Assembly: GCA_951406725.2 (NCBI GenBank)
Contig: OX597817.1
Span: 34,224,001-34,288,000, forward strand
Direction of reading: 5' to 3'
Source of the DNA: Octopus vulgaris
Lineage: Eukaryota
DNA: 64,000 bases
The number at the start of each line of letters is the position of its first letter. The first letter of the stretch is position 1. Positions 51,490 to 64,000 of the stretch are shown piece by piece. The notes beneath the pieces were generated by a model. The model saw only the letters and a program-made list of their open reading frames with translations, was not told the DNA's origin and made no database searches. Both the position numbers and the translations under genes were made by a program.

Positions 51490-52490
51490 CTTTGCTCTAT
51501 GTAGAGCCATTTCTCTCAGCTCACCTTCAACTATTCTATACTAAGAGTTCTTTAGCTGCCTTAGCTTACATTTTCTAGATGGTGTCCATCTTACTGATAT
51601 GTTTATTGTTTTGTCCTGACTATATATGGCCAAGCCATCTGAGCTCTTTACTCTATACTCTTTTACTCTTTTACTTGTTTCAGTCATTTGATTGCGGCCA
51701 TGCTGGAGCACCGCCTTTAGTCGAGCAAATTGACCCCGGGACTTATTCTTTGTAAGCCCAGTACTTATTCTATCGGTCTCTTTTGCCAAACCGCTAAGTG
51801 ACGGGGACATAAACACACCAGCATCGGTTGTCAAGCAATGCTAGGGGGACAAACACACACACATACACACACATATATATATATATATACGACAGGCTTC
51901 TTTCAGTTTCCGTCTACCAAATCCACTCACAAGGCATTGGTCGGCCTGGGGCTATAGCAGAAGACACTTGCCCAAGGTGCCACGCATTGGGACTGAACCC
52001 GGAACCATGTGGTTGGTTAGCAAGCTACTTACTACACAGCCACTCCTGCGCCAACTGTTGACATGTTATTTCAAGGATCACATCTGTTTTGCAATGCAGT
52101 TCATCATTTGTCAGAAGATATGGCTGATTTTCCTCAGGGACACATTGTAGAATGCATTGATGTTAATAAGTCTTCTTTGAATATTTAATAGCTTTTTGAG
52201 CCATGCAGTAGGTCAGATTTGACATTGCTGTTATAGAGTTCAATCACAGATCTAAGACCTTATTTGCCTTAAACTTCCAGATCAACTGAAGTTTTGCAAA
52301 TATCCGATGTGCTCTACGAAGTCTTCCTTGGGTGTTCTCTTTTACCCTGCTAATAGAGTAAAAGCTTCTTAGATCAATGGCTTCTTAGATATGTAAGACC
52401 TTCCAACTAGTTTATTGGCTTACCGTTAACCACAAGTGAAGAGTTTTTGGAGTTTATGTACATGAACTCATGTATTGTTCTCCAGTTGTG
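51490..52490 (-). mobile_element. Decayed RTE LINE interrupted by a family B SINE (51645-52051)
   Basis: LVVNGKPIN.LEGLTYL and IFAKLQLIWK-type remnants; full SINE B in the middle. Confidence 0.65.
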
Positions 52491-52698
52491 GCATAATATA
52501 AATATGCATACCTAGCTGTCATAAAATACCTAACTGGCATAAAATAAACAGCATACCTGTCAAGATTATGTATCAGAACTTCTGAAAATTTACTGGTAAT
52601 AGACTAATATTGTTTAGAGGTTGGGATTTGTGCCTGCTATTTATAATTGCAACTGCATATATGTATATATATATATATATATGCATATATGTCATATG

Positions 52699-52950
52699 TG
52701 GAGGCGCATGGCTTAGTGGTTAGGGCGTCGGCACCATGATCGTAAGGTTGTGGTTTTGATTCCTGGACCGGGCGATGCATTGTGTTCTTGAGCAAAACAC
52801 TTCATTTCACGTTGCTCCAGTCCACTCAGCTGGCAAAAATGAGTAACGCTGCGATGAACTGGCGTCCCGTCCAGCTGGGGAACACATACGCCATTGAAAC
52901 CGGGAAACCGGGCCCATGAGCCTGGCTAGGCTTTAAAAGGGCACATTTAT
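52699..52950 (+). mobile_element. SINE family E, full length
   Basis: tggcttagtgg A-box, B-box-like ggttttgattcc and shared core. Confidence 0.9.
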
Positions 52951-54095
52951 TTTATTATTATATATATCATATATATCATCATCATCATCATTTACTGTCC
53001 ATTTTCTGTACTGGCATGATCTGGATGGCTACTATTTTTGGAAGATTGCATTTCTCTGTACAGACTCTCTTATTGATTTGCAGAGGCAGAAGGTGTAATT
53101 GAATTGTATTAAACTCAACTAAGGATCAAGACTAAACTCTGAATTCTGCTCTCCAACACTTGTTACCATCCTATAACACTTGCAGGAGTCTCTATATAGT
53201 CACTCAACTTGCTTGAAATAACCACCAAATCTACCTCAAATCATATCATGCTATCTTAAAAACAAAAGGATATATTGGATAATGTGACCTTCAATAAATA
53301 AATAAATAAATAAATATAAGAGAGACTAGATGATCATGGATGAACTGCCTTTGGTTATAGATCTGCTCAATCAGAGTTAAACAACAAAAACAACTCCAAC
53401 ATAACTGAAATTAGATCAAATAGAAACTTCATTCCTTTATTCCTTTCGAACTGCCTGATTTAAAATAGCTATTTTGTTTATTTATTTGCAAATGACAGAT
53501 AAATTTAGTGTAGAAATAAATCCTGATACAACAACAGCAAATATTACCATTCTGCTTTTAATCCTATTCAACTGTGTTTGTTATTAAAACAATCTAGGAA
53601 TGATCTGTGATCAATTTTTCAGTTGCTAAAAGCAACTTTCCACTCTCCCAGCTTATCTTAATGGTTGGATGTTTTGTGGTGTAACTATTTTATGGGAGGG
53701 TGGAGGTGGGGGAGAGAGAGAGAAAGAAAGAGAGAATTGAGTTGCAGAAAGAGGAAAACAAAAGAGAATAATAAAAAAAGAAAACAAAGCAATATTTTAT
53801 CATGAAATGTAAACACAAACTTTACACTTCATAGTAAAATATTGGCTATTTTCTATGTTTAATCTGTAAATTAAGCTTAAACGACCAAGAAAAATATTAA
53901 AGTTATATTACTTATTCATTGGAAAAATATTAAGGCTATGATACTTTTTTTTTTTTTTTTTTTTTGGATTGGCCTTTTACCCTTCTGGGGTTGATAAATA
54001 AGTAAGAGGCTGGCACTGGGATTGATAAAAATAGAAACCTGTAAAATATCAATAAAACACGAAGATCAAAGTAATGGGTTGATGTAATAAATACC

Positions 54096-54325
54096 TATTT
54101 CTTTATTACCCACAAGGGGCTAAACACAGAGGGGACAAACAAGGACAGACATAGGTATTAAGTCGATTACATCGACCCCAGTGCATAACTGGTACTTAAT
54201 TTATTGACCCCGAAAGGATGAAAGGCAAAGTCGACCTCGGCGGAATTTGAACTCACAACGTAACGCAGACGAAATACCGCTAAGCATTTCGCCCAGCGTG
54301 CTAACGTTTCTGCCAGCTTGCCGCC
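54096..54325 (-). mobile_element. SINE family A with 17-bp TSD
   Basis: ttgatgtaataaatacc at 54079-54095 and 54326-54342. Confidence 0.95.
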
Positions 54326-54372
54326 TTGATGTAATAAATACCAGTTAGATGTTCATCATCATCATCGTCATT

Positions 54373-54406
<34 letters not shown>

Positions 54407-54425
54407 ACAACAACAACCTCTAGAC

Positions 54426-55544
54426 CAGGGATGGGCAACTTTTCGTCAACTAGGGGCTCTGCAATGTACCATTTACAAGTGGGAGAAGGCCACGTGATAA
54501 AACACATATGCATGAAATATTATTTGCCCACTTTACACTGAGTTTCTTGCAGTTCTTCTTAATTTTATTTGTCTTCATATGAAAGTTTACATTAAGCTGG
54601 CATCTCTTTCATTATTTCCTAATAATAATAATGATGATTACTATTACTAGTCTAAATAAATTATAGTTTAAAATATTGAGGTAAAAAAAAAGAAAAGAAA
54701 ATTCATTGATATTTTATTAAAGAACAAATTTTATTATCTGTATGTTACAGATAATAATGGTAAAGAATGTGATAAATTTGATATAAACTGTATCAATGAG
54801 ATTTTTGCACATTCCATACCATATTTTCAATATTAGGTAGAATTTGAGAAAGGTAGAGAGCTGGCAGAAACGTTAGCATCATCATCATCATCATCATCGT
54901 TTAACGTCCGTTCTCCATGCTAGCATGGGTTGGATGGTTCGACCGGGGATCTGGGAAGCCAGAAGGCTGCACCAGGCTCCAGTCTTATCTGGCAGTGTTT
55001 CTACAGCTGGATGCCCTTCCTAACGCCAACCACTCCGTGAGTGTAGTGGGTGCTTTTTACGTGCCAGGCGAGGCTGGCAACGGCCACGGTCGGATTGGTG
55101 TATTTTATGTGCCACCGGCACGGAAGCCAGACGAGGCGGTGCTGGCATCGGCCACGAGTCGGATAGTGCTTTTTACGTACCACCAGACCAGGGATCCTGG
55201 CTGGTTCAATTCGATTTCGATTTCGCTTGCATGTCAGGCGAAATGCGTAGCTATATTTTGTCTGCCATTATGTTTCTGAGTTCAAATTCTGCCAAGGTCG
55301 ACTTTGCTTTTCATCCTTTCGGGGTCGATAAATTAAGTACCAGTTATGCACTGGGGTCGATATAATCGACTTAATCCGTTTGTCTGTCCTTGTTTGTCCT
55401 CTGTGTTTAGCCCCTTGTGGGTAGTAAAGAAATAGGTAGAATTTGAGATTTTGCTACTCTAAGGTTATGCTGCAAATTAGTAACCTAGAAACACTTTGAG
55501 GGCTGCACAACAACTTGTTGAGGGCTGCAAGTTGCCCATATATG
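54426..55544. mobile_element. hAT (Charlie-like) MITE containing nested SINE A and a LINE tail
   Basis: TIR cagggatgggcaac / gttgcccatatatg with flanks ctctagac/ctaaagac; SINE A 54850-55432 is split by family C 54879-55230. Confidence 0.75.
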
Positions 55545-55921
55545 CTAAAGACATTCCTGGCTTCAGTCCTGGGACTCATGAGGCAAGTTACTTAGTTTCT
55601 GTGACATATAAGAAACCAAGATCACAACATCCTTCTGAACAAGATGCCAGTCTATTAGAGGGTGATTCATTTATTGTTGAGTGGAGTAAACCAATGTGAA
55701 ATGAAGGATCTTGCTCTAGGCCAGAATGAACTTCTTGGCACGGGAATCAAAAACCATGATCCCATGATTGCATTACAAGTGCCTGTGCCTCCTAACATAG
55801 AGAAGGACGATACTCTAACCCAATGATTCTCAACTACTTTTTGGCACATGGATCACTTTGATTCCTATTTAACTCTACAGGATCCCTGTGTTAAAAAAGT
55901 CCTATAATATTTTTTTATGAT

Positions 55922-56330
55922 TAGAAGAAGTAGACCCAGGAAGACATGGGACAAGGTGGTGAAACATGATCTTCGAATGTTGGGTCTCAAGGAGGTGATA
56001 AGTAACAGACCTTTTGTGAAATGCTGTACTTGAGAAAACTCGTTAAGCCAAATGAAGTTGTAGTCATGGCCAATGCTAGTGTTGTGTAATGGTACCCTTC
56101 CTGGTGGCGTATAAAAGCACCTGTGCTGGTGGCATATAAAAAGCACCTATTACACTCTTGGAGTGGTTGGCATTAGGAAGGACATCCAGCTGTAGAGACC
56201 ATGCCAAATAAGACTGGAACTTGGTGCAGCTCTCCAGCCTTCCGGTTCCAGTCAATCCATCTAACCTATGTCAGCATGGAAAGTAGTCGCCAAATGATGA
56301 TGATGGTGATGGTGATGATGATGATGATGA
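55922..56330 (+). mobile_element. RTE LINE 3' end linking ORF2 to the family C tail
   Basis: RRSRPRKTWDKVVKHDLRMLGL, then the Meta-like domain and (GAT)n. Confidence 0.85.
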
Positions 56331-56380
56331 GATTTTTTAGGGAATGTGAAAAGTTATTGTTAAAATAGCTTATGTATTTA

Positions 56381-56790
56381 TAGGCGTAGGAGTGGCTGTG
56401 TGGTAAGTAGCTTCCTTATGAACCATATGGTTCCAGGTTCAGTCCCAGTGTGTGGCACCTTGGGCAAGTGTCTTCTACTTTAGCCTCGGGCCGACCAAAG
56501 ACTTGTGAAGGGATTTGGTAGACAGAAACTGAAAGAAGACTGTCATATACATGTATATATATATGTATGTGTGTGTATATGTTAGTGTTTCTGTGTTTGT
56601 CGCCTCCCCACCAACATCGCTTGACAACCAGTGCTGGTGTGTTTACGTCCCCATAACTTAGCAGTTCGGTCAAAGAGACCAATAGAATAAGTACTAGGCT
56701 TACAAAGAATAAGTTCTGGGGGCGATTCGCTCAACTAAAGGCGGTGCTCCAGCATGGCCACAGTCACATGACTGAAACAAGTAAAAGAGA
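56381..56790 (+). mobile_element. SINE family B, full length
   Basis: ggcgtaggagtggctgtgtggtaag head through the aagtaaaaga tail. Confidence 0.9.
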
Positions 56791-57081
56791 TTTATTGTTC
56801 ATAAACTTTAACAGCAAAATCTTATATAGACCCATAAGGGTTATAGTGATCAAGTCTATATGCTATACATTAGCTCACTCCCTCCATCAAATTGACATTA
56901 CCTGTACAGGTGCACAAGTGTGTCACATGTCAGATGTTGTAACTATTGCAGAGCAACATGAAATGAAGTGTTTTGCTCAAGAACACAATGCATTGCCTGG
57001 TCTCAGAATTGAACTCATGATCTAGCAACTGAGTGCAACACCCAATATATATATGTATATGTATATATATGTGTGTGTGTG

Positions 57082-57380
57082 TGGAGGCGCAATGGCCCAG
57101 TGGTTAGGGCAGTGGACTTGCGGTCGTAGGACCGCAGTTTTGATTCCCAGACTGGGCGTTGTGAGTGTTTATTGAGAGAAAACACCTTAAAGCTCCATGA
57201 GGCTCCAGCAGAGGGTGGTGGTGGTCCCTGCTGTACTCTTTTGCCACAACATTCTCTCACTCTTTCTTCTGTTGGCCTGCTCACTTAGCCAGCGGGGTGG
57301 CATCATTTGAAAACTAAAAACAATGCAAAGCGCATTGTGACCAGTGATGTGTAGCAACATCTGATAGCCTGGTCGGTCAC

Positions 57381-57384
<4 letters not shown>
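57082..57384 (+). mobile_element. SINE family E variant
   Basis: tggcccagtgg A-box; distinct tail. Confidence 0.85.
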
Positions 57385-57411
<27 letters not shown>

Positions 57412-57518
57412 TGAATATCTATAAATGTTGAGAGAACATGAAATAACTCTTTTGTGGAATTGTGGATCTTGAAGCACATAAAGCTATAAATAATAGCTTG
57501 TAAATATTGGATTGAAAA

Positions 57519-57907
57519 AGTCAAAAGATTGCTTTGGTACAATGGTAAAAAAAACCTTTCATGTATACAGAGGATGTGCATTCTTGTCCCACAGGCAGCC
57601 TTCAACTCTTTTTATCCAAAAGGGGTTTTCAACCCTATATTTACACCCTATCAAGGAAGTGCAATAATAATAAATAAAGCATTTTACTCTACCTCTGGTA
57701 TTTGAGTACTCTTTTTTCCACCTTGTTTCACAGAGGTAGAGTAAAATGCTTTATTTATTATTATTGCACTTCCTTGATAGGGTGTAAATATAGGGTTGAA
57801 AACCCCTTTTGGATAAAAAAGTTGAAGGCTGCCTGTGGGACAAGAACGCACATCCTCTGTATACATGAAAGGTTTTTTTACCATTGTACCAAAGCAATCC
57901 TTTGACT
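57519..57907. repeat. ~178-bp near-perfect inverted repeat with a 33-bp spacer
   Basis: 57519-57697 versus 57731-57907, about 4 differences. Confidence 0.95.
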
Positions 57908-57923
57908 ATATATATATATATAT

Positions 57924-58017
57924 ATTGTATAAAAGGGCTTAGTAAAATAAATTACTTTGCCACATACTGAACTTACTGTGGCAAAGTAATTTATTTTACT
58001 AAGCCCTTTTATACAAT
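57924..58017. repeat. Perfect 41-bp inverted repeat with a 12-bp loop
   Basis: 57924-57964 versus 57977-58017. Confidence 0.95.
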
Positions 58018-58224
58018 GTAATATTTTGAATTCGCCTTAAATGGTCCCTTTACATACTGAATACTTGGTGAAATTGATTAATAACTCATTAATTTTACCC
58101 TCAATTGTTGAAATTATATATATATATATATATGTATATGTATATGGTTGTCGTTTTGATAAATAAATAAGTCAACATTCTAATATCCTGAAGCTGATAA
58201 ACCAACTAATGTGTTTCTCCATTT

Positions 58225-58274
<50 letters not shown>

Positions 58275-58276
<2 letters not shown>

Positions 58277-58478
58277 AAATGTGACCTCGTGTGTACCGTT
58301 GGCAATTTTTTTTCCTCTGTCTTCCCTTCTCTGGATCTTTCCTTCTCCTATGTTTCCGACGAAGAGCTCCGCTCGAAACGTTAAACCCTCCTTCTTTCCT
58401 TCTTTCTCGAGCGTCCAATAATACTATATTTGTTCCACGTCCTCACGTTGTGTTTTTTTGTGCCTTCTTGTTTGGATC

Positions 58479-58481
<3 letters not shown>
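58275..58481 (+). mobile_element. (TA)n-inserted short element with minimal hammerhead at 58352-58386
   Basis: GTTT-CCGACGA-A-GAGC-TCC-GCTC-GAAA-CG-TT-AAAC. Confidence 0.7.
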
Positions 58482-58525
<44 letters not shown>

Positions 58526-58595
58526 CATCAGATTTTCAATTCTACCAACACATCTTCAGGTTCTTTTTCGAAATATTGAAAAATTGTTTTAAAGT

Positions 58596-58638
<43 letters not shown>

Positions 58639-59343
58639 CCAGTGTGTATGTATATGTGTGTTTGTGTTAATTCTTAGGTATTTGTTAGATGAGCAATATT
58701 CCACCCTTTTTTCTTTCCTTCTGTTCTAGCAATATATTTTAATATAGACAACCAATTCAAAAGAAAGAATACTGATTTTAAGAATAGATTATTATAATGT
58801 CGTTCAATGGCTATGGGCTTGTACTGTCCTACAGTGGATGACATTAAACAAAAAGAAAATGATGTTTAACACCATTTTTCTTTGGTACACTGACAAGGCT
58901 TCTGTTTTCTACTAGCTTTTGTCTTGTCTTACTGTTGCATGGCAACAACAGTAACAGCAGTAATAGTTGCAACAATAACGGTGTACCAGAAGTAGCAGCA
59001 GCAGCAGTAGCAACAGCAGCAGCAGAAGCAGTAGTCTAACTTATTTATGAATTCTGCAAAACAAAAAAAAAAAAAAGACAAGAAAATTTCCATTCTATGA
59101 TAAACTTAACTGTGTTGGATGTGTATCACCAAGCTTGAAACAAATGCATCAGTTTTCTGAAATATCGGCTCCTGTGAAAAACAAAATTATGCTACTTAGA
59201 ATTTTGGTTGAAATTTTTACTCTCTGTCTGGCTGTTTTTGTATAATGTGATGAATACACATAACTAATATAGTAATGGAAAGCATAAAATACAATGGAAA
59301 ATAAAAATTAGTACCATAAAGTAATTTTTATGCTTTCCTTTTG

Positions 59344-59402
<59 letters not shown>

Positions 59403-61904
59403 TTGAGTTTTTTTGTGTTTTTTTTTTAAATCAACTGCCATATTGGTTGCTATTAAATATGAAAAGACTGAAAAAAAAAAAAAAGGAAACCATTTTTCAT
59501 TAAATGATATTTCTATCAGAATATTTTCAATCTCCAATGATTTTCAAATCAAATGTAAATGTCTACTTTTCTCATTTACCTAAAACATACTTTTATCTCT
59601 CTCCAACATTTTCCTATCTCACAATTCCTTTTATCCCTCTCCATTATCTTATTATTTCTTCATCTCACTTATTTAGTCTCCCAGCTACTATATTTCTCAT
59701 AATATATTAATCTATTAAATTTTTTTGTTCATTCTCCTTTCCCATAACAATTACATATTTCTTTTTGTTCTTCCCTCATGGCTAAACACTCCCTAGTCTC
59801 TGAACAAATTAAATATTTTTTTTATTTTTTCTTTCTACATAACCTTTCTTTTTAAATCCCTGCCATAAAATTCCCACTATTCTTTCTTCTCCTTGTCTTC
59901 CTTCATATTCAGTGTTTAATCATTAATAAATAACTATTTTCTGCTCCTATCATTTTTGATCAGTCATTATCAGTGTCATTAATGATTTTTATGTCTGCAA
60001 TGTAAGCTATTTTGGATAGAATATGTTACACGATTGTCTCTTTCTCCATTTTGCCCTAACTTGATTTCCTCTGTCAATTCTATCCAGCTCTGCAAAATCA
60101 ACTTTCAACAATCATGTTTTATTTGTCTTGCCTTTGCTTTACTATCTACTATTAACCTACGAATTCTGTAGTTCTTATCATCGATTCATCTATTTAACTT
60201 CTAACAGTCAATATTTTAGATCTAAAAGTAATTTTTTTCTTATGCTATTCTCACCATAAAATACTGTCATGGTGAACTAAAACACACTTCTTCATATCAA
60301 GATCATGCTACACAAACCTAAATAGTAATTATCAAAGAAATATAATGGATGGATAATTCCAGGATCCAAATGAGAAATTTTATAGTTTTTAAGCTGAATG
60401 ATCAATCAATGGAACTTGGTTTTAAGATTTTTTTTTAAATGCTTCTACCTGAAATGTTTTTTGTTTTTGTTTTCCTTAACCTTTTTTTTTTTTTTTTTTT
60501 TGCTTTTTAGACATTATCAAATTATCTCTTGCATTGACATTTTTCAGAATTTTACTTTATCATGACTTGAGTTTCAGTTTCAACTCCAAAAGGTTATATT
60601 CTTCAATGGTACTGGCTTATATCATTTGTGCTGATAACCAAATATGGTATCAATATCTCTTCTCTTGTACTTTAGTCAATACTCAAAGACCTAAATGAAA
60701 TTTCTAGCTGAAATACCTTCATTTTTCGGTTGACAAATCTGACATTGCACACTTGCAAGTTCTATTTTTACCATATGAGGTGTAGCTATAATCACAGACA
60801 TGGCTATGTGGTAAGAAATTTGCTTGTCAACCACATGGTTCTAGGTTCAGTCCCACTGCATGCCACTTTGGCAAATGTCTTCTACTAAGCCACAGACCAA
60901 CCAAAACCTTATGAGGTGAGTTGGTTTGGTAGATAGAAACTGAAAGAAGTCTGTCATATATATATATATATATGTATATGACACAATCTGTGTCCTTATA
61001 TTTTTGAAGAAGGGAATTGAAAGTATAAGGACACAGATCATATCATATATCCAGCTGGAGACGATGTCTCCTGGGTCTAAATTACAGCAACATTAGTCCT
61101 ATACCAGGACTGCCATGTTATGTTGGCAAACAATCTTTACTACAAAGTACTGTTGCTGAATATCTCACATTGTGAGATTTAGAAATAGTAATTTTCTAAT
61201 ATCACCATCTAGCAATACTGGTAAGACTATGTTTCGCTAAAGAGATCTGATAAAACTGAAACAGGCCTTGAACTGTCACCATATTATTAGATTTGACTGA
61301 CTTTCAGTTTCATTTTATATTTTATTAATTTATATTTAATCTAAATTTTTGGGTTAGCTCCCTTGTCTTCTTTGTCCAGAATTAATTATTGAGCTAATGA
61401 TTTTCTCCTGATTACTGGTATAATGAGGTTATTATATTAATTATGTTAGCTCTGATTTTACTATAATTAAAGGACACTGTTGTGTGAATTAATAGATGTT
61501 GATTACCATTCTTCATCATCATCACTGTTTTAACATTCACTTTTCTATGTTGGTTTGGATCAGACTGAATTTATTGAGGCAGATTTTCTACAACCAGATG
61601 CTCTTCCTGTTGCCTACCATCACTTGTTTTCAAGTAAGGTAATATTTCTCCAAGACCAGACATGTTTTTATGGAAGATTGGAAACAAAGGACACTGACTG
61701 CATGATGGTGATACTCGTTTACAACTAAGCTGTGATGTCATGACAAGGAGACTGTAACACACAGATGCACACGCACATATATACAGTAAATCCACTAACA
61801 AGGCTTTGGTTAGTCTGGGGCTATAATAGAAGACACTTGCCTAATGTACTAAGCAATAGGACTGCACCTGAATCCATGTGGCTGGGAAACAAACTTCCTA
61901 CAGC

Positions 61905-62436
61905 ACAACCTCACCATTAATAGATCGATAAGTCATGTACCCTCCATCAGGCATTTGCCATATTCTGAATGCCTTACTTCTCAGGGCATGGACACATTGA
62001 AACTCCGACGTCTGGCAGCTGACTTGGCAGACACCCATAAAATTATTAACCATCTTATAAACAATAACTCCGTGCACCTTTTCAAACTCTACCTGTCTAA
62101 CACCCGTGGACATGTTTACAAAGTCAGAAAACAGCACCAGCCCCCATGACTTTCGGAAACATTTTTTCATGCTAAGAGTTGCTGAAGTATGGAATAAACT
62201 GCTGGCATCAGTTGTTAGTTGTTGGAGTATTGCATCCTTCAAAACTTCCATGCTTCCTGAGATTCGCCAACACGACACCTGATTTTCTCCCCTCCATACA
62301 CATGCAAGTATGTATCTGACTCATGCACTGTTCACTTCCCAGACATTTGTACATTACTGCATATGCTTTATATGCACTTTTGACAAGTTGTGGTGCACCT
62401 AAGCACTATATACAATAATTTCATTATTATTATTAT
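61905..62436 (+). mobile_element. CR1-type LINE 3' end
   Basis: TLKLRRLAADLADTHKII..NTRGHVYKV..FRKHFFMLRVAEVWNKL and a (TTA)n tail. Confidence 0.9.
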
Positions 62437-62640
62437 TTAGGCAGGAAATTAGCCAAATTATTAGTGCATCATATAGAATACTTTGCATTATTTGCTCTGA
62501 TTGACTCTGCCCTAAGTTCAACTCTGCTGAGGTTAACTTCGCCTTTTACCCTTTCAGGATCGATAAGTCATGTACCAATTCACTGCTGTGGATTGGCAGA
62601 CTTGTTAGCACATCAGATTGGGTGCTTTGCAGTATTTGTT

Positions 62641-62960
62641 ATGAAGGTATGTGGCTTAATGGTTAGGGTGTTTGGCTCCTGATTGTAAGATCGTGAGTTC
62701 ATTCCTGGCAGCGTATTGTGTCCTTGAGCAAGATACTTTATTTTTATGTTGCCCAGTTCATTCAGCTGGCAAAATTGAATTGTACCTATATTTTCAAATA
62801 GCCAGCCCTGTCACATTCTGTGTCACACTGAATCTCTCTGAGAACTACGTTAAGGGTACATGTGTCTGTGGAACACTCAACTACTTTCACTTTAATTTCA
62901 CAAGCAGGCTGTTCCGTTGATTCAACCAACTGGAACCCTTGTCGTAACCAATGGAGTGGC
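62641..62960 (+). mobile_element. SINE family E
   Basis: gtgtccttgagcaagatactt core; tail as 28837. Confidence 0.85.
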
Positions 62961-63679
62961 AGTTATGGATCTGTGCCTTCTGATGTCAAATTCCACTTCT
63001 TTTCACTAGGGTGCCAAAATGGTAACTCTTCTGGTAGGAATTACAACCAATATATAATACAGCAAGTAACTGACAATAAATAAATAAAAATGGAAATATT
63101 TTTCGTTATATCTCTGGAGAATCATTATGCCAATAATAAATGCACTGATTAGTTCTATTTCCCTTTTTGTCTTAGCCAATTTAGCACTTAACCAATTAAT
63201 TAATTGATTGTTTGATTAATCATTGGGTTAATCAGCTAGGCTTCTCAAAGAATTTTTCGTTGCCATTCATGACCTCATCAGTGACATGCCCACTTTACTG
63301 AAGGTCTGCTTCAGGTCTGTCTGCCGTCACTGAGTTCAAGCTTATTGGAGTAATGACTCTCTTGAGATGCACAAAATTGGTTTCAACGTACAGATTCGCA
63401 TCAAGAATCTTGCTGAAGAAATATAAGAACAAAATGGAAATATAGTTTCCTTTATTCAGTCAGATGATTGGCTGTGATGTGATTATTCTTAATAAAGCAC
63501 CAGTAAAATATTACAAAAGAAATAAGGCTTAGAATAAGATCCAGCTTTGGTTGACATGTCAATGCTAATAATAGTTTTCTCTGGCGTGATACAAAGGTCT
63601 GGGAAATGAATGGAATACCTGGTGTGTGTCTTGCTGTGGCTACCCATTCCTAAAAGAAAATAGGGAATAGGCCTGGGTA

Positions 63680-64000
63680 TACTCTTTTACTTGTTTCAGT
63701 GATTTGACTGTGGCCAAGCTGGAGCACCGCCTTTAGTTGATCAAATCGACCCCAGGACTTATTCTTTGTAAGCCTAGTCCTTATTCTCTCGGTCTCTTTT
63801 GCCAAACCGCTAAGTTACAGGGACGCAAACACACCAACGCCGGTTGTCAAGAGATGTTGGAGGACAAACACAGACATGCAAACATATACACACACATACA
63901 CATATATATATATACAGATATACGACAGGCTTCTTTCAGCTTCTGTCTACCAAATCCACTCACAAGGCTTTGGTCAGCCCAAGGCTATAGTAGAAGACAC
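63680..64000 (-). mobile_element. SINE family B, runs off the window
   Basis: Similar to 38088-38400. Confidence 0.9.

Noticed and set aside
52699-52775. tRNA gene
   Set aside because: It has A/B boxes but no closed cloverleaf and runs into the SINE body; the same holds for the other SINE heads.
63489-63649. Minus-strand exon after ttttcttttag (also acceptors near 59054 and 59171)
   Set aside because: The splice signals are plausible, but I found no consistent frame or recognisable protein.

Overview
This is AT-rich eukaryotic DNA, not prokaryotic. The SINE, LINE and microsatellite content looks like an octopus (coleoid cephalopod) genome; that identification is from recall of repeat families, not a search. 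The window is mostly repeats: three tRNA-derived SINE families, 5'-truncated RTE, CR1 and R4/NeSL-type LINE pieces, DNA-transposon relics (piggyBac-, hAT-, MULE-, Tigger-, maT- and Helitron-like), a solo LTR and many microsatellites. Most listed ORFs are repeat artefacts and no named host gene can be recognised. The most interesting signal is a set of minimal type-I hammerhead-ribozyme motifs in short Penelope-like elements. One family carries a compensatory G3:C8 core swap (GUGAACA...GAAA) and occurs as an inverted pair flanked by a target-site duplication (TSD). Other notable features are a twin-primed (5'-inverted) RTE insertion, a MULE carrying a retrotransposon endonuclease fragment, a 1.2-kb foldback with one-sided CpG decay beside a possible bidirectional promoter, a templated insertion, several near-perfect long hairpins, and a tentative spliced orphan gene on the minus strand.
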